Below are positions 1 to 10,205 of a stretch of DNA of 64,000 bases, one piece after another. Within the stretch, counting starts at the first letter, position 1. Each line of letters starts with the position of its first letter. The notes below the pieces were generated by a model. The model made no database searches and was not told the DNA's origin. It saw only the letters and a list, made by a program, of their open reading frames with translations. Position numbers and translations under genes: made by a program. Source of the DNA: an uncultured virus (IMG/VR IMGVR_UViG_3300026521_000636) (Duplodnaviria > Heunggongvirae > Uroviricota > Caudoviricetes); the IMG/VR virus record IMGVR_UViG_3300026521_000636. The stretch is one strand, 5' to 3'.

Positions 1-480
1 ATGGGAAAAGGTAATTATAATGGTAAACCTCACGAAATGGTTATGTTCTTTTTAAATAAAGACTTTGACATTGATTGTGATTTATCACCTTTTATCAAAC
101 AAAATAATATTTTTATTAGTACTATTAAATACCAAAATTACAAATTTATTTTTGAAACCAAACATTTTAATATCAATATTCTAGCCGAAGAGATAATAGA
201 AAAACTTTCAGAGTTAAATATAAAAGACTTTCAATATAAAATTATTTACGATAATGCTCTAAGACGAGATGCTATTTCTGTCTTATATGAAAAAATCAAC
301 CATAAAAATTTTGATATTGACATCGGATTTACTTATTTTAACCCCTATCTATCAGAATATAGTATTTTAATTTCAATAAACGGTCATAAATCTACTTATA
401 AAACAGGTAAATTAAATGAACCCCATATTATGAATATAGGACACCTTTATATGAATTTATTTCCCGAATATACTATCTAA
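1..480 (+). CDS. hypothetical protein (C-terminal PExxI motif family; may be 5'-truncated by window edge)
   Basis: Open frame from base 1; ends FPEYTI like several other small ORFs. Confidence 0.7.
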   Translation: MGKGNYNGKPHEMVMFFLNKDFDIDCDLSPFIKQNNIFISTIKYQNYKFIFETKHFNINILAEEIIEKLSELNIKDFQYKIIYDNALRRDAISVLYEKINHKNFDIDIGFTYFNPYLSEYSILISINGHKSTYKTGKLNEPHIMNIGHLYMNLFPEYTI

Positions 481-484
481 TTTT

Positions 485-492
485 TGTATAAT
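485..492 (+). promoter_or_regulatory. sigma70-type -10 element (T-rich + TGTATAAT), representative of many copies
   Basis: TGTATAAT also at 9366, 12680, 14397, 17215, 26031, 29130, 33107, 34904, 41108, 57959 and on minus strand at 49146-49153, each shortly upstream of an RBS/ATG; TGTAAAAT variants also recur. Confidence 0.7.
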
Positions 493-518
493 TAATATAA
501 AAATGTTAAGGAAACTGT

Positions 519-2072
519 ATGGCTAAAACTAAATTAGTAAATGGTGTTAAACTTGATTATGTTGCCGGTTCTTTTGCCAGTTTTGCCAAAATTAATAATT
601 CTAATAAAGAACTGAAAGAAGAAAATATTAAAGATTATATAGGACTTATGAAATTTATAGAAGGTAAGCTCAAGGGTTATATAAATGTTAGCACTTTATT
701 TAATGCTTATCAAGAAGAAGGGGATGGTCGATCTATAAAAGAACATAATAATTTTGGTTATGATAAAGTTTATGCTGATTCTGGTGGATTACAAGTCCTT
801 ACAGCAGGTAAAACTATCAATGATGAAGTTAAAGAAAAAGTTTATACAGTCCAAGCTAAATATTCAGACTATGCTATGACATTTGATGAAATGCCTATAA
901 TGATAGCTAAAGACTTAGGTAAAAAATCAAAAATCGGCGATTATGGACAAGTCTTTGTTGATGAGTTAGTAGAGAAAAATGCGGAATTATCTGCAATGCA
1001 TATTCAAAAACAAATAGATATGTTTGAATCATTAAATACATCCACTAAAATTTTACCAATCATACATGGATATGACATTGATTCATATTTACGTTATGCT
1101 AAATCTATTTTTAATAACCTAGATCATATAGGACATCATATTCAAGGGATGTCTATTGCATCGTTAAGTGGTCATGCGGATAATAAAGTGGGGATAATGA
1201 AAGTATTTGACTTTGTGCCAAAGATATTAAATAGTGGTGAGATTAATCCTCAATATTTAGAACATATTCATTTACTAGGTGTTGCATCTTCACAAAGAAT
1301 AATACCTATTATTATGATGATTAAAAAAGGATTATTACCAATTAAAACACTTTCATTTGATAGCACCGCAATAACAAAAGCATACACATTTGGTAGAGCA
1401 TATCAGACCATAGAAGAATATAAAAATCCGAGGGACTTTAGTACAGAAGTAACATTAAAAAGTTATAAAAATAAAGAGTTTCCAAACATAAAACAATTAT
1501 ATCAGAGTATGTATGATACGTTTAAAGATTATGAAAATTTTATGTTTGATGATTGGGAAGATATAGCAAAACATTCACCAAATAATGGCGATAAACGGGC
1601 TTTAAAAGATCAATATTTGGAAGAAGGCTTAGAATATCAAAGAAAATACTTACAGCAAGTAAGGATAGCTAATCTATATCATCATTATACTTATGTTTCC
1701 ATGCTAGAAGGCTATATTGACGATGAACTTAGTATAACAGAATTGTTTGGTTATAATAAAACTGTTGAAACTATGATGCAATCATTTGAGAGTGTAAACA
1801 CACTTGAAGAATTATCAGAAATGTGCGAATATTTTTATAATTTTGCTAAAGTCGGTCGAACAGATTTAAGAATTAAAAAAGTAAAAACGGTTAAAGAGTT
1901 TAAAGAAAAATATGAAGAAGAAGGTATTGATGTATATGCGGAATTAGGTATCGACAAAGACGTTGAAATCCTAAGTGAAGAATTAAAAAAACCTTGGATT
2001 AAATCTTCAATAAAAAGAGCAAAAGGGGAAGATTATCCTCATGGTGAGGAACCAACCAATGCACTTTTTTAA
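519..2072 (+). CDS. TGT/DpdA-like guanine transglycosylase, paralog 1
   Basis: LFNAYQEE, YADSGGLQ, MTFDE, PIIHG, HIHLLG, SFDS match TGT-fold catalytic motifs; AAGGA RBS; QueE nearby. Confidence 0.8.
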   Translation: MAKTKLVNGVKLDYVAGSFASFAKINNSNKELKEENIKDYIGLMKFIEGKLKGYINVSTLFNAYQEEGDGRSIKEHNNFGYDKVYADSGGLQVLTAGKTINDEVKEKVYTVQAKYSDYAMTFDEMPIMIAKDLGKKSKIGDYGQVFVDELVEKNAELSAMHIQKQIDMFESLNTSTKILPIIHGYDIDSYLRYAKSIFNNLDHIGHHIQGMSIASLSGHADNKVGIMKVFDFVPKILNSGEINPQYLEHIHLLGVASSQRIIPIIMMIKKGLLPIKTLSFDSTAITKAYTFGRAYQTIEEYKNPRDFSTEVTLKSYKNKEFPNIKQLYQSMYDTFKDYENFMFDDWEDIAKHSPNNGDKRALKDQYLEEGLEYQRKYLQQVRIANLYHHYTYVSMLEGYIDDELSITELFGYNKTVETMMQSFESVNTLEELSEMCEYFYNFAKVGRTDLRIKKVKTVKEFKEKYEEEGIDVYAELGIDKDVEILSEELKKPWIKSSIKRAKGEDYPHGEEPTNALF

Positions 2073-2436
2073 TAAAATTAAATCATTTATAAAAGGATTA
2101 GAATTAACTAAATTCGATAAAATCTTCTTTATAGGATATATTAGTTTATGGATATATTATTTATTTAGTGGAATGAGTTATTTAACTGCTGGCGGTATAT
2201 TATTAATTCTTGGAGCATGGCTAGTTTTTAAAGGTGAAATTTTTGTTGCAACTTTAAACTATGTTATAGCCGATATAATGTGGGTTTTAAATGCTATTAA
2301 TATAGGTGATAATGAAGGTACTATTTTCATTATAATTGGTATGCTTTTAGGTATTGCAGCAACTTATAAAATGCAAATTGGATCTTTAGCAAAATCATTA
2401 AAAATAGAAAAAAATTGTAAAATAAAACTAAAATAA
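2059..2436 (+). CDS. small multi-pass membrane protein
   Basis: About 4 hydrophobic segments; ATG 2059 preceded by GAGGA is a likelier start than 2041. Confidence 0.65.
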   Translation: MHFFNKIKSFIKGLELTKFDKIFFIGYISLWIYYLFSGMSYLTAGGILLILGAWLVFKGEIFVATLNYVIADIMWVLNAINIGDNEGTIFIIIGMLLGIAATYKMQIGSLAKSLKIEKNCKIKLK

Positions 2437-2448
2437 AAAAGGATTAAT

Positions 2449-3213
2449 ATGATACCTATTATGGAAATGTTTGGCCCAACTATACAAGGTGAGGGTGCAA
2501 GAAGTGGTGTAATTTCATATTTTTTAAGAGTTGGTGGGTGTAATTTTACTTGTAAAGGTTTTGGTGTGGCATATACCGATCCTGATGGCAATGAAAAGTT
2601 TGGATGTGATAGTTATTATGCCGTTGACCAAAAATTTAAGAAGTCATGGGATTTTTTAAACTATAAAGAAATTGTTAATAAAATGAATATAATTCTGAAT
2701 AAAGGGGCTCATGGTATTTTTAAACCTGATATAATTATAACCGGTGGAGAACCACTAATGTATTGGAATAATGAAGACTTTCAAAACGTATTAATTTACT
2801 ATATATCAAGAGGTTATAAAATCACGATTGAAACTAATGGTAGTATTGATATTGATTTCACAAAAGATTATCAAAAAGAAATTATGTTTTCTATGTCGGT
2901 TAAATTAAAAAATAGTGGTGAAGCAGAACATAGAAGAATTAATATAAAAAATCTTACTAATATACTTGAAAATTCTAAATATAGTTATTTTAAATTTGTT
3001 ATTGGTAATGATATGAATGATGTAGAAAAAGAAATTATAGATATTTTAGACAGCATTCCATATTATACTGATGTTTTTGTAATGCCTATGGGAGAAACTA
3101 CCGATGGGATTGAAAAACACGCTTTAAAAACTGCTGAATTAGCTATTAAAAATAATTGGAAATATAGCGATAGATTACATATTAGATTATGGAATGATAA
3201 ACCGGGTGTTTAG
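2449..3213 (+). CDS. queE: 7-carboxy-7-deazaguanine synthase QueE (radical SAM)
   Basis: EMFGPTIQGEG, RVGGCNFTC...CDSYY (Cys motif with insertion, epsilonproteobacterial type), ITGGEP, IETNG, RLHIRLW. Confidence 0.93.
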   Translation: MIPIMEMFGPTIQGEGARSGVISYFLRVGGCNFTCKGFGVAYTDPDGNEKFGCDSYYAVDQKFKKSWDFLNYKEIVNKMNIILNKGAHGIFKPDIIITGGEPLMYWNNEDFQNVLIYYISRGYKITIETNGSIDIDFTKDYQKEIMFSMSVKLKNSGEAEHRRINIKNLTNILENSKYSYFKFVIGNDMNDVEKEIIDILDSIPYYTDVFVMPMGETTDGIEKHALKTAELAIKNNWKYSDRLHIRLWNDKPGV

Positions 3214-3230
3214 ATTTAAGAGGAAAATAT

Positions 3231-4580
3231 ATGAGTAAATTTAAAAATACAGAACTAATTGTCGATTATGTTCTTTCAGGATTCGGAGCTTCATTTCGAT
3301 TAGGCTCACCAAATGAAGCTTACGCTAGAGGTGTTGCAGAAGAATTATTTAGTTCTACTAAATTTTTAGAATCAGAAACTAGAGGCGATAATATTGAAAT
3401 GAGTGCATTGTTTAATGCATATACAGAAGATAGAATGGCGGAACAGTTAAATGGGTTTAATCTTAATTTAAGAGATCTATATACTGGGGGTATGTATGTT
3501 GATTCTGGAGGATTACAGGTTTTAACACAAGGCAAAACTATCGATGAAGAAATGAGAAAAAAAATATATAAAACTCAGGCTTCATATGGTGATTTTGCTA
3601 TGAGTTTTGATGTTATTCCTTCTGAATTTGTAAATGGCGAAAAAATATATTTTCCGGAGCGAGTAGCTGATGCGGGAACACAAGCTGGAAAAAATTTAAT
3701 TGAACAAATTAAAGCATTTAAAGAATACAATACCTCTTGTAAAATCATGCCAATCATTCAAGGATTAGGTGAAAGTGACATGGATTTATATGCTAATAAT
3801 ATGTTTAGCCAACTATCTAAAGATGAATTGGATTATATCACAAGTGTCGCTTTTGGTGGTGGTACAAGTGGTTTTGAATTTTTAAATAGAATGATGAATG
3901 CTCATCATTCAAAAATTTTATCACAAAAAATGAATCATGTGCATTTACTAGGGATTACAGGCTTTTCTAGACTATTACCGCCTATTATTGCAGCAATGAA
4001 TGGAATTCTTCCAGATGTTAATAGAATTTCTTTTGATAGTACAACAATATCAAAGACTTATGTATTAGGGATGGTATGGCCAGAAGTTGAGGATGTTATT
4101 TCTGGTAATGTTAAAGCTGGTGCAAGTACATCGTTAGGCAAAGTAAGAAATAAAACTGTTGAAGCTCATTATGAAAAAATGTGGAATTGGTGGAAAAAAA
4201 ATCCTAATAATATTTTTGATGGTGTTGAAGATCTTTTAGAACATTCCGTATATAACTCTAAAGGTTTTACAACTGGATACCAACAAACAGAAAATTTATC
4301 ATTAGAAGATGGAATCAAAACAATTACCCAAAAGCATGTTTTTGTATATTATAACACATATAATTTTATCAATATTTTAAAAGGATATATAAAAGGCGAG
4401 GTACCATTATCCAACTTGTTAGGTAAGAATCAAAAAGGTATTTTCTTATTTGAACAATTAGAGAGTATTACTGATGTAAACGATTATAATGAGTGGTTTA
4501 TAGATGTTAAAAAACATATAAAGATTGATGTTCCATCTGTTGGTTCAGATAAAGGACAATCAACAAATATTTTATTTTAG
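3231..4580 (+). CDS. TGT/DpdA-like guanine transglycosylase, paralog 2
   Basis: LFNAYTED, VDSGGLQ, SFD, PIIQG, HVHLLG, SFDS. Confidence 0.8.
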   Translation: MSKFKNTELIVDYVLSGFGASFRLGSPNEAYARGVAEELFSSTKFLESETRGDNIEMSALFNAYTEDRMAEQLNGFNLNLRDLYTGGMYVDSGGLQVLTQGKTIDEEMRKKIYKTQASYGDFAMSFDVIPSEFVNGEKIYFPERVADAGTQAGKNLIEQIKAFKEYNTSCKIMPIIQGLGESDMDLYANNMFSQLSKDELDYITSVAFGGGTSGFEFLNRMMNAHHSKILSQKMNHVHLLGITGFSRLLPPIIAAMNGILPDVNRISFDSTTISKTYVLGMVWPEVEDVISGNVKAGASTSLGKVRNKTVEAHYEKMWNWWKKNPNNIFDGVEDLLEHSVYNSKGFTTGYQQTENLSLEDGIKTITQKHVFVYYNTYNFINILKGYIKGEVPLSNLLGKNQKGIFLFEQLESITDVNDYNEWFIDVKKHIKIDVPSVGSDKGQSTNILF

Positions 4581-4589
4581 GTGATATTG

Positions 4590-6170
4590 ATGGCTACAAG
4601 TAAAAAACAAATAAATGGTATTACTTTAGATTATGTTTCTGGTTCATTACGACCTTTCTTAAAAATAGGTTCTGGTAGTACAGATGCTATAAAGCATGAG
4701 GGAGTTGAAGATTTTAAGAAACTACTAGATTGGTCTCAAACACATTTAAAAGGTTACTTTGTACTATCAACACTTTTTAATGCGTTTCAAGAAGAAAAAG
4801 ATGGTAAAGTATTAAAAGAAGAAAACAAACTTAATCATGACGCAATTTATGCCGATTCTGGTGGATTACAAGTCCTCACTAGAGGATTAGAAATTACAGA
4901 TGATATTAAATTGAAAGTATATGATACTCAAGCTAAATATTGTGATTTTGCCATGACATTCGATGAAATGCCTTTAAAAGTTATAGAAAATCAAGATCAA
5001 TTTGGTAAATCAATTATTGATAATAACAGGGTTGTTCATATCAAAGAAATGGTAGGTATATCTGCAAAAAATTCAGCAGCACATATTCAACAGCAAATTG
5101 ATGTATTTGAAAAACTTAAGACGAATACAAAAATATTACCTATTGTACATGGTTTTAGTGAAGAAACATATATCGAATACGCCGAAACAATTATGAAAAA
5201 CTTACATAATATTAAGGAACATATCCAAGGTATGGCTATTGCTTCATTATCAGCATCAGCGGATAATAAGGTAGGTATAATGAAAGTTTTTGATTATGTA
5301 CCAACTCTTATGAATGCTAAAGAGATAAAAGAAGAGTATAGACAACATGTCCACTTACTAGGAGTAGCTTCATATCAAAGAATAATTCCAGTTATGATGA
5401 TGGCTAAAAAGGGTATTTTTGATACCGTTAAAAGAATTTCATTTGATAGTACTGCACTTACAAAATCATATACATTTGGGCGTGTATATGCTAGTGTTGA
5501 AGAAATGAAAAATCCTAAAGATTATGAACCTCTTTTATCATTAAATCATTGGAAAGATCCTCATTCAAAAAATATTAGACAATTTTATAATAACGTACAC
5601 AATTTACTCAAAGACTACCCCGATTATATTTTTGAAGATGTTGAAGATTTGATGAACCATTCACAAAATAATGGTGAGAAATTAAAAGTTAGTGAACAAT
5701 TTAAAAAATATGGAACTGAATATGAAAGAAAATATCTGGCTCAAGTGAGATATAATAGCATTTATAATATGATTCAGTATTTAAGTGTTATTGAAGCTTA
5801 TTTAGAAGATGAACTGGCTGTAGCTGATATATTCTCATATAATGGGACAGTAAGATTTATGTTTGAAACCTTTGAGCATAATGCACATACAAAAGAAGAT
5901 TTTAAAGAGATGTGTAACTATTTTTATACAACGGCTACAACAGGAAGAACGAACCTCAATTATATAATAATGGACACTTTAGAAGAATTTGAAAAAAGTG
6001 AATATGGAAATAATCCCGATGTAAAATCGGACCCATTAGCCGAATTAGGAGTAGGGGAAGTACCAAAACATGAAAAAGGGTATGTTCGACCAGATCTTTT
6101 AGCTCGACGAGCTAAAAGAGCACCTAGAGATTTTAAAGAAGATGGAAATCCATCAGATTCTCTTTTTTAA
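4590..6170 (+). CDS. TGT/DpdA-like guanine transglycosylase, paralog 3 (closest to paralog 1)
   Basis: LFNAFQEE, YADSGGLQ, MTFDE, PIVHG, ADNKVGIMKVFD shared with paralog 1, HLLG, SFDS; ATG 4590 or GTG 4581 start. Confidence 0.8.
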   Translation: MATSKKQINGITLDYVSGSLRPFLKIGSGSTDAIKHEGVEDFKKLLDWSQTHLKGYFVLSTLFNAFQEEKDGKVLKEENKLNHDAIYADSGGLQVLTRGLEITDDIKLKVYDTQAKYCDFAMTFDEMPLKVIENQDQFGKSIIDNNRVVHIKEMVGISAKNSAAHIQQQIDVFEKLKTNTKILPIVHGFSEETYIEYAETIMKNLHNIKEHIQGMAIASLSASADNKVGIMKVFDYVPTLMNAKEIKEEYRQHVHLLGVASYQRIIPVMMMAKKGIFDTVKRISFDSTALTKSYTFGRVYASVEEMKNPKDYEPLLSLNHWKDPHSKNIRQFYNNVHNLLKDYPDYIFEDVEDLMNHSQNNGEKLKVSEQFKKYGTEYERKYLAQVRYNSIYNMIQYLSVIEAYLEDELAVADIFSYNGTVRFMFETFEHNAHTKEDFKEMCNYFYTTATTGRTNLNYIIMDTLEEFEKSEYGNNPDVKSDPLAELGVGEVPKHEKGYVRPDLLARRAKRAPRDFKEDGNPSDSLF

Positions 6171-6210
6171 AAATGTAAAATTAATATAAAATATTAAAAA
6201 AAGGATATAT

Positions 6211-7245
6211 ATGAAAATAGCTATTATTGGTGCTGGATGGTATGGATGTCATATAGCTTCAATTTTAAAATCGTACGCTGTTGATATAACTATTTTTGAA
6301 CAAGAAGATGATATTTTTAAACATGCATCATCAAAAAATCAAAATAGACTTCATTTGGGTTTTCATTATCCTAGATCTTCAATAACACGACTGCAGTCAA
6401 AACAGGGTTTTAAAAATTTTAAAAAAGAGTATGATTTTTGTTGTAGTCCTATAAGTAAAAATTTCTATGCAGTAGATAATCAACGATCTTTAATAGACTT
6501 TGAAACATTTAAAATTATTATGGAACACGATCTGGATTTTAAAATAAAAGATAATACGGACAGACTACAAAACTTATCTGGATTAATTAATACTAAGGAA
6601 GAAGTTATTAATTTTGATATTGCCATAGAACACTTTAAAGAATTATTGTCAGGCGATTTAAGATTAAACTGTAAAATTGAAAATGCAGATATTCAAAATT
6701 GTGATGATTATGTCCAAATTAAAGATGAAAATTTTGATTATTTAATCAACTGTACTTGGGCTACTTTTAGAAATAATTTCAATATTGACGCTTTTTATGA
6801 ATCATGTATTGTTTTACTTTATAAAACATCACATCACGAAAATGATTTCGCTATAACTATTATGGATGGTGAATTTGTATCTCTATTTCCATATACTGAA
6901 AACGGGGTGTACACACTCACATCTGTAAAAAATACAGTTCTAAAAAGAGATAAAAGTTATAAAAAAATTATAGATTTTCAAAATAATTTATCGGATGATT
7001 TTATACAAGAAATTATTAAAAAAATGGAAGCTGAAATGATATATTATTATCCAGATTTTTTAATAGATTTTGAATTTAAAGACTATTTTCTTACAACAAA
7101 AAGTAAACTTAATGTACAAACTGATTCTCGTGAAGTGGTAGTAAAACATAATAATCGAGAGATTTTTGTATTTTCTGGAAAAATAGATACTATCTTTGAA
7201 GCTGAAAAAGAAATTTTAAAAATACTAGGATTAAAAAATGAATAA
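6211..7245 (+). CDS. FAD-dependent oxidoreductase (DAO-like)
   Basis: N-terminal IAIIGAGWYG Rossmann motif, ASSKNQNRLHLGFHYPRS, C-terminal SGKI. Confidence 0.85.
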   Translation: MKIAIIGAGWYGCHIASILKSYAVDITIFEQEDDIFKHASSKNQNRLHLGFHYPRSSITRLQSKQGFKNFKKEYDFCCSPISKNFYAVDNQRSLIDFETFKIIMEHDLDFKIKDNTDRLQNLSGLINTKEEVINFDIAIEHFKELLSGDLRLNCKIENADIQNCDDYVQIKDENFDYLINCTWATFRNNFNIDAFYESCIVLLYKTSHHENDFAITIMDGEFVSLFPYTENGVYTLTSVKNTVLKRDKSYKKIIDFQNNLSDDFIQEIIKKMEAEMIYYYPDFLIDFEFKDYFLTTKSKLNVQTDSREVVVKHNNREIFVFSGKIDTIFEAEKEILKILGLKNE

Positions 7246-7906
7246 TAAAATATGTATCATTGGCGGTACCTCCAATATTTCAAAATCATTTATAAAAATG
7301 GTTGAAAATAATTTTGATATTATAACGGTTGGTAAAAGCTCTAATAATGATATTGAATTTGATATTAATAATGGAAATTTTAATAATATTAATAAAATAC
7401 CTTTAAATTGTTCGTATTATTTAATTGCTGCAGGCATATTATACCCAAAAAAGATTATCGAACAAACAAATAATGAGATTTTAAATAGTATATCTTTAAA
7501 TCTTTTATTTCCGACTTATTTAATTGAACAGATATTAGATATTAATGAAGATGTAAGAATTGTAGTGGTTGGTTCTGAATCGGGTAAAAAAGGTTCATAT
7601 GACACAACTTACTTTTTAAGTAAAGCAGCTTTAAAATCTTATATACAAGAAAAACATATTAAATCTAAAAACCAATCACTAAATATGATTGCTCCATCGG
7701 TTATACTGGATACAAAAATGACACAAGATCGGGACGATTTAGAAGAAGTATTAGAAAGAGCAAAAGATTTACCAAAAGAAAGATATTTAATGAGTGAAGA
7801 AGTCGCTAAACTTATTTATTATTTATTTTTTGAGGATTCAGGGTATATTAATAACGAAGTTATTAATATGAATGGTGGTAAATTTGCAAGAATGAATTAC
7901 AGATAA
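7238..7906 (+). CDS. short-chain dehydrogenase/reductase (SDR)
   Basis: IIGGTSNI nucleotide-binding loop, catalytic S and YxxxK (YFLSK), C-terminal INMNGG. Confidence 0.85.
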   Translation: MNNKICIIGGTSNISKSFIKMVENNFDIITVGKSSNNDIEFDINNGNFNNINKIPLNCSYYLIAAGILYPKKIIEQTNNEILNSISLNLLFPTYLIEQILDINEDVRIVVVGSESGKKGSYDTTYFLSKAALKSYIQEKHIKSKNQSLNMIAPSVILDTKMTQDRDDLEEVLERAKDLPKERYLMSEEVAKLIYYLFFEDSGYINNEVINMNGGKFARMNYR

Positions 7907-7916
7907 GGAAAGGGAT

Positions 7917-9356
7917 ATGAAACAATATAAAAAACGAATAGCATTTATTATATCATCACAACATTTTATAATACATGGTGGTATAGGAACATTTGCACGA
8001 GCTTTCGTAGATATGTGCAATGATTTAGATTATAAAGTCGACTATATAATGGATAAAGCTCCGGCTAATAAAGATTTAGAAGAATACATACTTAAAAATA
8101 ATGGAAATATTTTATACCCTCACAAAGACTTGTCTTATAAAGGTCATAATGCAAGGTTTGTTTTCTCAGATAGTATGAATTTAGAAAAAACTATAAACTT
8201 TAGGGATTCGTTTTTACAATCATTTAAGAATGCAATTTATGATGTTATCATCATAAATTCTAATGATGCTATATTACCAATATTAATAACCGGGATTCAG
8301 AGTATTGCACCGACAATAGTATATTCTCATAGTGGTGAACTAGTTTTTGTAAATGAAAAACATGATCCAGTCTTTAAAAAGTCTGTAGTCGAAATTTATA
8401 AACAATTAATGTGTTTGGATGATATTATAATCGGAACTCATAGTGACCATAATAAAGCTATCATAGAAAATAACTTTCCAGATATAAATGTCAAAACATT
8501 ACCTTTAAGGATAGCTGATAAGGGGTTATTAGACTCCATAGATCCGAATATTGAAAAAAATGGCGTGTTATTTGTAGGTCGTTATGAACCAAGAAAAAAT
8601 CCCGACACATTTTTAAAAGGTGTTTCTGAAGCAGGACTAAAAATCTTAATAATGACAAATGATAACGGGGCTAAAAAATTTGAAGCTAAACTTTTAGCTT
8701 TAGGTTATGAAAAATTTAATGAAAGAAAAAATGATCCACTGCAAAATGATGGAAAAGTATATGAAATAAAATTTGGTATATTTGGAAAAGAAAAAGAAGC
8801 TTTCATGAATAAAGCTAGGCTTTCTTTCCAACCTGCTATTTTAGAATCATATGCATATAGTACAGTTGAAGCATTACATTGTTGTAGAACCGTAGTACTT
8901 GATGAATATTCGTGGGGTAAAAATTTCAAAGGGTTAGCATATTTTACAAATAAAAAGACAATGAGTGAAGATTTAAAACGTTGGCATGATGAAGATTATG
9001 ATATGGAACAGCAATTAGAAAAAATGCGAAAAATTTATAATGATGGTGCGCAGTATTGGACAGATATATTTGAAGAATATTCCGCTTTAAATTTAAACCC
9101 TAAAAAAGTAACAAAAACTAAGTTATACAAATTATTGGATGAACAGAAGGATTTTGTATCCATTTCATATATACTTGAAACGCTACTAAATAGAGATTTA
9201 AATTGGATAGCTATTGATGATGCTGAAATTTTTTATAAAATTATTAATGAATTGGATATTGTTCATACTGATAAAGAAACTTTTATAGCATTAAAAAATA
9301 AAAAATTCAAATTTAATATATCGGACGAAGTTGATGGTTCCGAATTATTATTTTAA
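7917..9356 (+). CDS. GT-B (GT4-like) glycosyltransferase
   Basis: HGGIGTF, LFVGRYEPRKNP, ESYAYSTVEAL (E-x7-E). Confidence 0.85.
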   Translation: MKQYKKRIAFIISSQHFIIHGGIGTFARAFVDMCNDLDYKVDYIMDKAPANKDLEEYILKNNGNILYPHKDLSYKGHNARFVFSDSMNLEKTINFRDSFLQSFKNAIYDVIIINSNDAILPILITGIQSIAPTIVYSHSGELVFVNEKHDPVFKKSVVEIYKQLMCLDDIIIGTHSDHNKAIIENNFPDINVKTLPLRIADKGLLDSIDPNIEKNGVLFVGRYEPRKNPDTFLKGVSEAGLKILIMTNDNGAKKFEAKLLALGYEKFNERKNDPLQNDGKVYEIKFGIFGKEKEAFMNKARLSFQPAILESYAYSTVEALHCCRTVVLDEYSWGKNFKGLAYFTNKKTMSEDLKRWHDEDYDMEQQLEKMRKIYNDGAQYWTDIFEEYSALNLNPKKVTKTKLYKLLDEQKDFVSISYILETLLNRDLNWIAIDDAEIFYKIINELDIVHTDKETFIALKNKKFKFNISDEVDGSELLF

Positions 9357-9394
9357 AATGATATTTGTATAATACATATAAAAAGGTTAAAAAA

Positions 9395-10144
9395 ATGAAA
9401 ATATACCAAATCGAAATAACAAATGCATGTCAATTTAGATGTGATTACTGCCCTAGAACAACAGCTATGACTAGAAAAGTAGGCTCTATGTCTAATGAAA
9501 CGATTAACAGAATAGCTGATGTACTAACTAGTGATTCAATTCGACTTCACCACTATGGCGAAAGTTTAATTGAGTTGGATAAAACTCTTTATGCGATTAA
9601 AGCATTAAAAAATAAAAACCCAGAATTGGTTATAGAATTAAATACAAATGGTGAGTACTTAACCCCAGAAACGACAGATAAACTATTTGAGGCCGGCCTT
9701 TCAAAAGTTAATTTATCATATCATTTCCCACCAAGTATTAAACACTTAAAAAATATTGATCCAAAATATAGAGAACGAATTGAAGTTATGAAAATAGCCC
9801 ACTTATCTGAAATTGAAAAGTATAAAAATGAGTTAAAAGAAGTAAAAGAAATAGGATACAAAGTAATCTTAAAACAATTAAGAGACTTAGGTCAAGTTAA
9901 TGCAGATAGTGCAGGAAAAGGTAATGCATGGAAAGAATGTTCTTTTATAAAAAATAATGAATTCGTAGTATTATGGGATGGACGTATTGTCACTTGTTGC
10001 GAAGTATTTGATGGTGAACCAGAAGAAATACTAGGATCAATTTTTGATGACTCTTTACCAGAAAAAAATAAATATATTTCTAAATGTGCTACTTGTATGG
10101 GTTATGGAAATGGCGATATTGAAACTGAAAAAATAAATATTTAA
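9395..10144 (+). CDS. radical SAM protein with SPASM/Twitch-like C-terminus
   Basis: CQFRCDYC (Cx3Cx2C), YGE, NTNG, C-terminal C..CC..CxxC; the track start 9365 falls in the TGTATAAT promoter so ATG 9395 is preferred. Confidence 0.88.
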   Translation: MKIYQIEITNACQFRCDYCPRTTAMTRKVGSMSNETINRIADVLTSDSIRLHHYGESLIELDKTLYAIKALKNKNPELVIELNTNGEYLTPETTDKLFEAGLSKVNLSYHFPPSIKHLKNIDPKYRERIEVMKIAHLSEIEKYKNELKEVKEIGYKVILKQLRDLGQVNADSAGKGNAWKECSFIKNNEFVVLWDGRIVTCCEVFDGEPEEILGSIFDDSLPEKNKYISKCATCMGYGNGDIETEKINI

Positions 10145-10205
10145 GGGTCTATTAAGGTATTACTACTTATAATATTTAATACCATTATAAGGAGGTTCAT
10201 ACCAT

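Noticed and set aside
519..6170. Canonical tRNA-guanine transglycosylase (tgt) assignment
   Set aside because: No Zn-binding Cys/His motif, six copies and a DNA-modification context; a tRNA substrate is not excluded, so no gene symbol was given
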